From contig OY843750.1 in NCBI GenBank assembly GCA_963693115.1, positions 374,951 through 438,950 on the forward strand: DNA of 64,000 nt. Direction: 5' to 3'. The notes beneath the pieces were generated by a model. The model had not been told where the DNA came from and did no database searches. It was given only the letters and a program-made list of their open reading frames with translations. The position numbers and the translations under genes were made by a program. Shown one piece after another: positions 9,065 through 17,999 of the stretch. The DNA comes from Spirochaetia bacterium. GTDB lineage: Bacteria; Spirochaetota; Spirochaetia; WTKD01; G963693115. How positions within the stretch are numbered: the stretch's first letter is position 1; every line of letters starts with the position of its first letter.

Positions 9065-12000
9065 TTAGAGACTACACTCAGGAGGTATGCGTGTAGGACG
9101 CTTGGATCCCAGCGAGTAGATCAATGGTATTACAAGCAAAGAAGCAAATACCGAAATACTCAAACCAATAGCAATAGTTATTGCCATTGGTTGCCATATG
9201 GGGGAACGTCCTGTTAATCCAACTGCCGTCGGGAGTACTCCCGCAACGGTAGTAATTGAAGTTAGTAATACTGGTTTTAGTCGTACACATGCTGTGATAA
9301 GCGCTGCCTCTGCCCTACTCTTGCTACGCTTGAGTACGTAGCTATTAGCAGAACTCACAAACACAATAGAATTATTTACCACAACGCCTATCAGTGCAAC
9401 AAGCGAATATAGTATAGATATAGAGAGATAGCTTCCTGATGAAAAAATATATATACTTACCCCAAGCACCGAAAAAGGTATGGTAAGTAATATCACAAAT
9501 GGTAGTACATAGCTGTTAAACTCGACAGTCAATACAATATATACTGCAGTAACACCAATCAATAAAAGAAACAGTATCTTACCAAAGAGCTCTGAAAATT
9601 CGTTAAATTCACCGCCCCTTGAGATTGAAAATGCTTGAGCCTCTTCTGTAGCAATGTAGTCTTCTATTTCTTTGACTATGCGCTGATTTATTTCTCTTAC
9701 CCTCGTCTTGTCTCGTGCTTCGGCGGTTACAACTGCTAGTCGCAGTCCATTCTCACGCGTGATGCGCGAGAGCGTGAGTCGTTCTTGTATAGTTGCGACC
9801 GACAGTAATGGTACAAGTGTATTGTACTGCGTAGGGACAGACAGTAGTGCCATTTTTTCTTTTGTAAAAGAGTGTGTATCACCAATACGAAGTACCACAT
9901 CTGTATTCTTGTTATCTCCTTCGTATATGCTCGTAATGGGAGAAGCCGAGAGCATGTTTCGTATTGACAGTCCTATCTCTGCAGCTGACAAACCGAGTCG
10001 TGCTGCTTCTTGTATGTGTATACGCGCAGTAATAGTGGGGCTTTTTTCGCTACTGGAGTTCTTTACATTGTATACTTCGGGGTATTCGGAGAGGATATCT
10101 TCGACTCGGGAACTAATCCTACTCAGCCCATCAAAATCAGCACCTATAATTCTAAACCCCAAGATGGGTATGGGGGGTGGTCCTGTCCGTTGTCGCCGAA
10201 TGGTAAGAGTATCATAGCCATACACATCACCTAAAAGCAACTCAATATCTTTCATGACCTGATTAAGCACAATCGAATCGCCATTATCAAATACTTCAAT
10301 TTGCACCTGCCCGGTGCTCGCCCTGTCTGTGATAATTCCCTCTGATAAATCAAGATCTGCTTCGCCCGACAAAATCAATACATGTTTTATCTTACCTGGG
10401 TTGTTGTTTCTATACCCTTGTATACGATATTCCATTTCAGACATGACGGTGTCCGTTCGTTCTAACGAACTTGCCTCGGGAAGAAGTACATCCACAAAAA
10501 AGAATGGTTGACTCTCGACCTCGTATAAACTCACTGGGGTAAAAACCAAAAACAAAATCGCCCCACCGAGTGCAAGAAACACTGCTAGAAGTATGGGGAC
10601 GGAACGTTTCATTTCGGCATAGAGTATCTGTGACAATACTTGCCTAAGACGTACAAAAAAAGCAAACTCAAAAGTACTTCCTTTTCCCGGAAATGCTAGA
10701 TAGTACAAGGGCACCATTACCATGGCAGATGCAAAGGATATAAGAAGAACAACAGTGATAGTAATCGGTATTGGAAGAAGAAATTTTCCAATAAAACTAG
10801 GCAACCATGCAAGAGGAAGAAAACTCGCAATAGTAGTAAGTGTTGAGCTAAGTACAGGAAACCGTACCTGCCTTGTTCCTTCGATAGCTGCAAGCTCTTT
10901 TGACATTCCCTTAAAATGTCTTAGACGTATGATATTTTCTACCGTTACAATACTCGTATCAACAAGCATACCAAGTACAAGCACAAAGGCAAAGAGTGTC
11001 GAACTGCTGAGCGTAATATTAAATATATTTAAGAACAAAAAGCTAGTAGCAAACGTAAAAGGGATTTCAAGCGCAATGATGACTGCAGCCCTCCACCCTA
11101 AAAATACAAGCATTACGATAAATAAGAGGATAAACCCCCCAACAGCGTTGTTTCGTAATGTAGCGATACTCCTTATAATACCACCAGTAGTATCTTTAAA
11201 AAATTCAAGCTGGAGCCCTTTAGGTATGTTAGATGCGCTCGTAGCTATTAGTTCTTCTATCGTACGTACAAGAGTGATTGAATCTACTCCACTTTCTTTA
11301 TAGATCTTTAGTTCTACTGCATTTTTGTTATTAAAGCGTATTTTTTTTTCATGTACATCATACCCACGTTGTACACGGGCTATATCTTCTACTTTTATCA
11401 TGCCACCTTCATCATCTACGCGCACTGGTAATTGTGAGATATCATCTATACTTATAAATTCGCCCGTTGTTCGCACTGCAATTTTTTGTTGTACGGTATT
11501 TAGAAAGCCTGCAGGTATAGACACATTATTGCTCTGTATACTCATAATGAGCTCTTGCAAGGAGACACCACGAGCTTCGAGTTGAGAAAGATCAAGGTCA
11601 ATAAACACCGTCTCATCTAAAAAGCCGTTATCTTCTATATAGCTAACTTCTTGTATTGTCTCGAGTTTATTTCGTATCTGTTCTGCAAACTTTTGTATAG
11701 TTGCTATATCTTGGTCACCCCAGATAACAAGCGATGTAATAGGTAAAAAATCAAGGTAGGTAAAATCATCAACAAATATCTCGCTCACTCCTTCGGGAAA
11801 GTGTATCTGTTCCACATCGCTTTTCAACTCTTGAAATTTGCTTCTAAATGTGTCTTCTTTTAGGGATTGAGAAAAGGTGACTCTCGTAAAACTCAAACCG
11901 TCAGATATAACCGAATCTATTTCGTCTATTGCATTCATAGCTTCGGCGCGTTCCTCTATCTTTCGTGTAACGGTTTCTTCTATTTTTTCTGCAGTGGCAC

Positions 12001-12193
12001 CGGGGTAAGGGACCAAGACATGCACATAAAAAAGAGGAACATCAGGATACTGCTCTCGCGGAAGCCCTACGGCGATAAATACCCCAAGCAATGCTAGAAG
12101 CCATCGTACCAATCGCAGTGATTTTGAGTGCGTAATTATCCACGATTTTTTTGTCAGGTCTTGCACGCCTTCTCCAAACTCATGTGACTCCAT
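9065..12193 (-). CDS. RND efflux permease (AcrB/AcrD/AcrF family)
   Basis: 1042 aa; LPREQYPDV, GMLVDTSIVTVENI, GVVVNNSIV, RLKPVLLTSITTVAGVLP motifs. Confidence 0.95.
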   Translation of the reverse strand: MESHEFGEGVQDLTKKSWIITHSKSLRLVRWLLALLGVFIAVGLPREQYPDVPLFYVHVLVPYPGATAEKIEETVTRKIEERAEAMNAIDEIDSVISDGLSFTRVTFSQSLKEDTFRSKFQELKSDVEQIHFPEGVSEIFVDDFTYLDFLPITSLVIWGDQDIATIQKFAEQIRNKLETIQEVSYIEDNGFLDETVFIDLDLSQLEARGVSLQELIMSIQSNNVSIPAGFLNTVQQKIAVRTTGEFISIDDISQLPVRVDDEGGMIKVEDIARVQRGYDVHEKKIRFNNKNAVELKIYKESGVDSITLVRTIEELIATSASNIPKGLQLEFFKDTTGGIIRSIATLRNNAVGGFILLFIVMLVFLGWRAAVIIALEIPFTFATSFLFLNIFNITLSSSTLFAFVLVLGMLVDTSIVTVENIIRLRHFKGMSKELAAIEGTRQVRFPVLSSTLTTIASFLPLAWLPSFIGKFLLPIPITITVVLLISFASAMVMVPLYYLAFPGKGSTFEFAFFVRLRQVLSQILYAEMKRSVPILLAVFLALGGAILFLVFTPVSLYEVESQPFFFVDVLLPEASSLERTDTVMSEMEYRIQGYRNNNPGKIKHVLILSGEADLDLSEGIITDRASTGQVQIEVFDNGDSIVLNQVMKDIELLLGDVYGYDTLTIRRQRTGPPPIPILGFRIIGADFDGLSRISSRVEDILSEYPEVYNVKNSSSEKSPTITARIHIQEAARLGLSAAEIGLSIRNMLSASPITSIYEGDNKNTDVVLRIGDTHSFTKEKMALLSVPTQYNTLVPLLSVATIQERLTLSRITRENGLRLAVVTAEARDKTRVREINQRIVKEIEDYIATEEAQAFSISRGGEFNEFSELFGKILFLLLIGVTAVYIVLTVEFNSYVLPFVILLTIPFSVLGVSIYIFSSGSYLSISILYSLVALIGVVVNNSIVFVSSANSYVLKRSKSRAEAALITACVRLKPVLLTSITTVAGVLPTAVGLTGRSPIWQPMAITIAIGLSISVFASLLVIPLIYSLGSKRPTRIPPECSL

Positions 12194-12199
12194 ATTGTA

Positions 12200-13357
12200 C
12201 TAAAATTCTGAGCTGTTACCAATAATTTGTACCGATACCGCTTGCCCTTGTATCAAAGTACGAAGACCGGTAATAACTAGGGCTTGTCCCTCGAGGGTTT
12301 GTATATCTATTCCTTGTACATGTTTAAGTTCTGCTCTCCCTGCAAACTCTTCACCCAAGTCTACATACATCTTGTATATAAGCGAATCATTTTCTATATA
12401 GACGTATTCCCCCTTTGCATCCTCTCGTACCACTGAACGTGGTATCAAAAAGGGATCCGTACTGCCCGTACTACTCAAGATAAGTTCTATGTCAACCACT
12501 TGACCGAGCTTATACGGAGGAATACTATTTGTATCCTCAAACAGTATCACAAGATCAAACGTACCCGTTCGTGGTGATACGTATTGCCCAATCTCAGATA
12601 CATACCCAGAAAATTTTTGATTTTCTGTAAATGTGATCGAGACCACATCATTAACCCGTATTTTTTCAAGAAAGAAATCTGAAACCCTACTCTCTATACG
12701 TGGTTGCGCAAGATCTGCCACCTGCGCTACAAATGTACCCGGTCCTACTGATGTTCCTTCGGTCAAGGCTTCGTTTACTTCTACAAGACTACCAGAAAAC
12801 GGTGCTCGTATAACAGATTTTTTAAGTAATAAGACCTGTTGCTTGTAGAACGATTCGGCACCAAAGAATGCTGATTGTACTTGTTGTAGCTGTGCATGTG
12901 AAGCGAGTCCTTGTCCAAAAAGTTCTTCTGTTGTCTCAAGTTGTAAACGTGCATTTGCTGACTGATAGCGCGCCGAATCTCGTGCGAGTACAAGTGATTC
13001 GTCGTCAAGTAACAGAAGTATGTCATCTTTTTTAATTATTGCTCCTTCTGTCAATTGTGTTTTGAGCACTGTCGAACTGATCTCAGTAACAAGGGTACTG
13101 GTGCGATCACTCCTAAGAAACCCTGTAAGCGAAATAGTAGAAATAAGCGGGGCTCGAGTAATACGTAGGCCCTGTACTCTTACAGAAACATCTTTCTCGA
13201 CGGTACTCTCTTCGTTTTTTTTGCAAGAATACAACAAGAGCACTGCGCTACTCAAAAAAATACAAATATACAGATACGATATGACACGCACGCCCATATT
13301 CAAGAACCTGTTTCGCGTCATACGTTGTTTTGGTATCTGCATATAGTAACTCATCAA
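12200..13357 (-). CDS. RND periplasmic adaptor (membrane fusion protein), lipoprotein
   Basis: LLYSC lipobox, 'VIRAPFSGSLV' lipoyl motif, adjacent to RND gene. Confidence 0.9.
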   Translation of the reverse strand: MMSYYMQIPKQRMTRNRFLNMGVRVISYLYICIFLSSAVLLLYSCKKNEESTVEKDVSVRVQGLRITRAPLISTISLTGFLRSDRTSTLVTEISSTVLKTQLTEGAIIKKDDILLLLDDESLVLARDSARYQSANARLQLETTEELFGQGLASHAQLQQVQSAFFGAESFYKQQVLLLKKSVIRAPFSGSLVEVNEALTEGTSVGPGTFVAQVADLAQPRIESRVSDFFLEKIRVNDVVSITFTENQKFSGYVSEIGQYVSPRTGTFDLVILFEDTNSIPPYKLGQVVDIELILSSTGSTDPFLIPRSVVREDAKGEYVYIENDSLIYKMYVDLGEEFAGRAELKHVQGIDIQTLEGQALVITGLRTLIQGQAVSVQIIGNSSEF

Positions 13358-13989
13358 TATAGGCTTCTTTCTGTAATGATAGCATGTACAGTACTATCGT
13401 GTGCCTCTACTGGTACGTACGGCACCACCTGCATAGCAAAACATAGCCCCACACAACTACACATATTTGATACGCACAGCAGTGACATTAGAGCATCATA
13501 CACTCCACCCCCTCGTCCAAGTCGCGCACGGGTAATATCAAAGGCTCTTCCTGGTACCAATAATAAACATGGTGAACTCAATAGCAATGTGGTATTTATC
13601 TTGCTTGTTGGTTTTATAGTCCATGAGGGTGTGCTGTAGTGTTTTATGTCGGAGGATTCTATGCGAGGGGTATTGAGTACTTTGCATAAGGCTCCTATAC
13701 TATGGGGGTGTGCAAGAGTACGAGGCAAAAAAACAATTCGTTTGGTGGTATCCCTGCTAAGTGATGAAACATCGGGCTCATCTTTATACGCATGATATGC
13801 AATAACCGTATGAGCGTAACGCCACCAGTGTGTTGCACGTATACGCTGACAAATACGTAAAGAATAGGTGGCAATATCCCTCAGCTTTTCCTTGGTACAA
13901 GATGCGTACTGTAATGTATGCCTCATTTCGGTTCGTAGTGCTGACTTTTTCTTGGCTATATTTTTCTTGGCTATAGAAGACAAGGTCAT
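13354..13989 (-). CDS. ygfA: 5-formyltetrahydrofolate cyclo-ligase
   Basis: KSALRTEMR, LLLVPGRAFD...RLGRGGGVYD, VPVEAHD; SD GGAGAG before ATG 13989. Confidence 0.9.
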   Translation of the reverse strand: MTLSSIAKKNIAKKKSALRTEMRHTLQYASCTKEKLRDIATYSLRICQRIRATHWWRYAHTVIAYHAYKDEPDVSSLSRDTTKRIVFLPRTLAHPHSIGALCKVLNTPRIESSDIKHYSTPSWTIKPTSKINTTLLLSSPCLLLVPGRAFDITRARLGRGGGVYDALMSLLCVSNMCSCVGLCFAMQVVPYVPVEAHDSTVHAIITERSLY

Positions 13990-14042
13990 TGATATCTCTC
14001 CCAACTCAGTATTACATTACTATCGATACCGACATCAAATAC

Positions 14043-14657
14043 TCATAAGAACCCAAGGGTATGCTTCTTTTTTTCTGCTTTTGTAAGAAGATACTTTCTA
14101 TTATGCCTTGTTATTTTTTTTGCGACAATGGGAACCTGTTCATCTATTGTGATTCCATAGGCTTCAAGTTGCGCTTTTTTATCGGGATTATTACTAAGAA
14201 GACATATAGATACGATATTAAAGTGGGTAAGGATCTGCGCTGCTGTCCCATAGTCGCGGGCATCTTCTGCATGACCAAGCTCCACGTTTGCCTGATACGT
14301 ATCGAGACCTTTGTACTGGAGATTATAGGTCTTGAGTTTTTCAAATAGCCCTATATCCCTCCCTTCTTGTCTAAGATAAATAAATATACCTTCTCGCTCT
14401 TGTATCATTGAGAGGGCATTCTCTAACTGCTCACGGCAGTCACATCGTAGCGAATAAAATACTTCCGAAGTCAAACATTCCGAATGTACACGACAAAGCA
14501 CGTGCTCACGGTTGACTACATCTCCTTTTATCAGAGCAAGGTGTTCCTTTTTTTTTTCATCTAAAAATCCGTATACCTGAAATTCTCCGTATGCAGTCGG
14601 AAGATTTGTGTTGACTATCAACTTTACAGAAGAAACAACAGAAGAAACATTAGGCAT
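14043..14657 (-). CDS. ribA: GTP cyclohydrolase II
   Basis: LPTAYGEF, RVHSECLTSEVFYSLRCDCREQL, YLRQEGRDIGL, LLSNNPDK. Confidence 0.97.
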   Translation of the reverse strand: MPNVSSVVSSVKLIVNTNLPTAYGEFQVYGFLDEKKKEHLALIKGDVVNREHVLCRVHSECLTSEVFYSLRCDCREQLENALSMIQEREGIFIYLRQEGRDIGLFEKLKTYNLQYKGLDTYQANVELGHAEDARDYGTAAQILTHFNIVSICLLSNNPDKKAQLEAYGITIDEQVPIVAKKITRHNRKYLLTKAEKKKHTLGFL

Positions 14658-15210
14658 GTGTTCTCTCTACATACTCGCGAGTACTTGTGTTTACTACAAT
14701 GGTATCGCCCTCTTTAATAAACCCAGGAACTTTTACCTGTAGCCCAGTTTCACATTCTACCATCTTGGTAACTGAGGTCGCCGTGTCTCCCTTTATCGCT
14801 TCTTGAGCAGAGCTTACCACAAGCTTTACCTTGAGAGGGAGTATAACATCTATCAGGTCTCCGTTAAAAAACACTAGTTGATACGATTCGCCTTCTTTTG
14901 CAAAGTCTTTTATATATTCGTATCCCGTATAGATGAGCTGGTATTGCTCGTAGCTTTCTTCGTCCATAAAAAAATAAGCACTACCATCTACATAGAGATA
15001 CTGCCCCTTTTTTTGTTCAACATCTGCAGGGTCTACTGAGTCCTGAGATTTTATTGTCTCTTTGAGTATCTGACCATTCTTGACGCCTTTAATTTTACAG
15101 CGTACAAAGGCAGATCCTTTGCCCGGATTAACAAATTCTCGATCGACGACGAGATAGGGCTCATTTTTGAACAAAATATACATTCCTTTTTCGAGTTGTC
15201 CTGCTTTCAT
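14650..15210 (-). CDS. efp: Translation elongation factor P
   Basis: VNPGKGSAFVR, KGDTAT, ETGLQVKVPGFIKEGD; ATG 15210. Confidence 0.97.
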   Translation of the reverse strand: MKAGQLEKGMYILFKNEPYLVVDREFVNPGKGSAFVRCKIKGVKNGQILKETIKSQDSVDPADVEQKKGQYLYVDGSAYFFMDEESYEQYQLIYTGYEYIKDFAKEGESYQLVFFNGDLIDVILPLKVKLVVSSAQEAIKGDTATSVTKMVECETGLQVKVPGFIKEGDTIVVNTSTREYVERTHA

Positions 15211-15313
15211 GTCAATCTTAGTATACCAAATATGTAAGAAGGGCAATCAAAATAGTGCGACTTAATACGATTGCGACTATCGCTCTGTACTCTATGCTCT
15301 GTGCTCTATGCTA

Positions 15314-17803
15314 TTACAGTTCGGGCGCCTCATAGTCACACGTATCCGTCCCCAAAACCGTGTCTCTGAACGTAAACAATGCTTCTAGGTCTGGATTTGC
15401 TTTGCTCTCCCATGAACTAAGATTCTGACAAAATTGTGACATTCCGTCAAACATAAAGTTCATTCTAGTCACGTTTGTTATATTCCACTCAGCTAGGGGT
15501 TGGTTGAATGCTTTAGCCGATTGGAACATATAGGCCATATCAGTCACCATACCCACGTCCCAGTTTCCAATGGGGTGGTCAAATGCCTCTGTGCTATTGA
15601 ACATACCGTTCATATCAGTCACCTGACTCACGTCCCAGCTACCAATGGGCTGGTCAAATACCGCTGCACCACTGAACATAGAGCGCATATCCTCTACCTT
15701 GCTCACGACCCAGTTGCCAATGGGCTGGTCAAATACCTCTGCACCACTGAACATAGAGCGCATATCCTCTACCTTGCTCACATCCCATTTACTTATATCT
15801 CGATTAAAACTCTGTGCAGACTGAAACATTTCCTTCATAGTAGTCACATTGCTTGTATCCCATTGGCTAATATCTCCGTTAAAGCTAGTTTTGTAACTAA
15901 ACAACTGGCTCATATCAGTGACATTACAGGTTTCTAGGTAATTGAGATCGGCACTTGCGTCTTGAGCTATTTTGGCGCCAACTATTTCTTTTAGTTTTGA
16001 GTTTGTCACTACATGTACGTGAGCGGTGGGATCAAAACACACCTTTGTGTCGTTTCTTTTCCAGATGGGCAGCTTGGCATTGGCTGCATTAGCAAACATA
16101 GACGTAGTAACTACCGCCAATTGTACGTGTTCGCCCCAGTCGGTGAGATCTTGCTCAAATGCCTCTGCACCATCAAACATGCTCTGCATAGTAGTCACCG
16201 CTCCTACATCCCAGCTACTGATGTCTTTGTTAAATGCTTTTGCACCCTTAAACATGATACTCATATCAGTCACCTTGCTCACATCCCAGTTACTGATATC
16301 TTGGTCGAATACTTCCACATTAAAGAACATGGCACTCATATCAGTCACCTCGCTCACGTCCCACTGGCTAATGTCACCGTTAAAGCTAGTTTTATTCGCA
16401 AACAAATTGTTCATGTCTTTGACATGACAGGTTTCTATATTGTTGATGTTACCATCTGTTATCAAGTCGTCTATCTTCCCCTTAAGTTCTTCTCCGTTCT
16501 CCATCACATTTACGTGAGCGGTGGGATCAAAACACACCCTCGTCCCATCTGCTTTTTTCCAGTTGGGTACTCTTATCACCTTGCTTGCTCCAGCAAACAT
16601 AGACGCAGTATCTACCGTCAGTTGTACATGTTCGCCCCATGCAGTGAGATCTTGCTCAAATGCTTCTGCACCCTCAAACATGCTCTCCATAGTAGTCACC
16701 GCTTCTACATTCCAGCTACTTATGTCTTGGTTGAATGCCTCTGCATCATAAAACATTGCACTCATATCCTCTACATTGCTCACATTCCAATCACCGATAG
16801 GTTGATTAAATGCAGTTGCACCATTAAACATATACTCCATTTCATTTACATTGTCCACAACCCAGCTACCTATATTTTGGTTAAACTCACTCGCCTCACT
16901 GAACATAGAGCCCATCTTAGTCACCTTGCTTACATTCCAATTACCGATAGGTTGGTCAAATGCACTTGCTTCCCAGAACATAGAATTCATATTTTCCACA
17001 TTACTCACATCCCATTGGCTAACGTCTCCGTTAAACGTAGTTTTGTCCTTAAACAATTCACTCATATCGGTGACATTACAGGTTTCTAAGTAATTGAGGT
17101 CGTCAGCTGCATCTGCGTCTATGTCAGCATCAATTTTTATCTTAAGTTCGGCTCTGTCATTCATCACGTCTGCATGAGCACTGGGGGCAAAACATACTCC
17201 CGCTTCTTTCCAGTTGGGTATGGCAGTCACCTTGCTCGCTCCAACAAACATGGATGCTGTATTTACCGTCGATGGTACATGCTCTCCCCATGCGGTGAGA
17301 TCTTGCTCAAATGCCTCAGCATCCTCAAACATGCTCTCCATAGTAGTTACCGCTCCTACATCCCAACCACTGATATCTTGGTTAAATGCCTTTGCTCCCT
17401 TAAACATGGCACTCATAGTAGTTACCTTGCTCACGTTCCAGCAGTGTATCGCACCGTTAAAGGTTGCTCCTTCTTCAGTTTCAAACAAACTCGACATATC
17501 GGTGATACCAGAAGTATCTATGTAATTGAGATTGGCTTCGGCGGTCTGCTCCGTAATATCTCTTTGTATGAGTCGCTTTAGTTCTGCTGAGTCTTTTGGG
17601 GCGTACTGTTTGCTTGACTCTATGGCGTTACAATCTTCACCTACATCATTGTATGTTGCAGTGATATCGCTAAACCTGTTGCCACCAGTACCCGCACCAG
17701 ACCCGTCAGTATCTGCCTCACACGATACTATTATTCCTACAAGCACAAGACCAAATAGGCTTGTGCAGAACCACAATATGATACGATTTGCATGTACATT
17801 CAT
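15314..17803 (-). CDS. DUF285/BspA-like leucine-rich-repeat surface lipoprotein A (4 modules)
   Basis: Lipobox GIIVS-C; many 25-aa repeats 'FNQDISxWDVSxVTxMxxMF'; SD GGAGAAAA. Confidence 0.92.
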   Translation of the reverse strand: MNVHANRIILWFCTSLFGLVLVGIIVSCEADTDGSGAGTGGNRFSDITATYNDVGEDCNAIESSKQYAPKDSAELKRLIQRDITEQTAEANLNYIDTSGITDMSSLFETEEGATFNGAIHCWNVSKVTTMSAMFKGAKAFNQDISGWDVGAVTTMESMFEDAEAFEQDLTAWGEHVPSTVNTASMFVGASKVTAIPNWKEAGVCFAPSAHADVMNDRAELKIKIDADIDADAADDLNYLETCNVTDMSELFKDKTTFNGDVSQWDVSNVENMNSMFWEASAFDQPIGNWNVSKVTKMGSMFSEASEFNQNIGSWVVDNVNEMEYMFNGATAFNQPIGDWNVSNVEDMSAMFYDAEAFNQDISSWNVEAVTTMESMFEGAEAFEQDLTAWGEHVQLTVDTASMFAGASKVIRVPNWKKADGTRVCFDPTAHVNVMENGEELKGKIDDLITDGNINNIETCHVKDMNNLFANKTSFNGDISQWDVSEVTDMSAMFFNVEVFDQDISNWDVSKVTDMSIMFKGAKAFNKDISSWDVGAVTTMQSMFDGAEAFEQDLTDWGEHVQLAVVTTSMFANAANAKLPIWKRNDTKVCFDPTAHVHVVTNSKLKEIVGAKIAQDASADLNYLETCNVTDMSQLFSYKTSFNGDISQWDTSNVTTMKEMFQSAQSFNRDISKWDVSKVEDMRSMFSGAEVFDQPIGNWVVSKVEDMRSMFSGAAVFDQPIGSWDVSQVTDMNGMFNSTEAFDHPIGNWDVGMVTDMAYMFQSAKAFNQPLAEWNITNVTRMNFMFDGMSQFCQNLSSWESKANPDLEALFTFRDTVLGTDTCDYEAPEL

Positions 17804-17915
17804 ATACTTTTCTCCACGATAGTTGTATTTATTACTTAAGCACGTTATTGTACTTATCTAAACTAGATTTTAGCATAGTAGAGATAGTTTGTAACAAAAA
17901 AATGTGTATAGATTT

Positions 17916-17965
17916 TTGCTAATGGTGTATAGCGTATTGTTCATTGCTATATTGGAACTTATGTA
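17916..17965. promoter_or_regulatory. Conserved upstream element of DUF285 gene A (copy 1)
   Basis: TTGCTAATGGTGTATAGC(G/T)TATTGTTC(A/G)TTGCT is shared with 20896-20929 while the flanks diverge. Confidence 0.5.
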
Positions 17966-17999
17966 CTTTAGGATTTGTCGCAGAATAAAACACAATAGT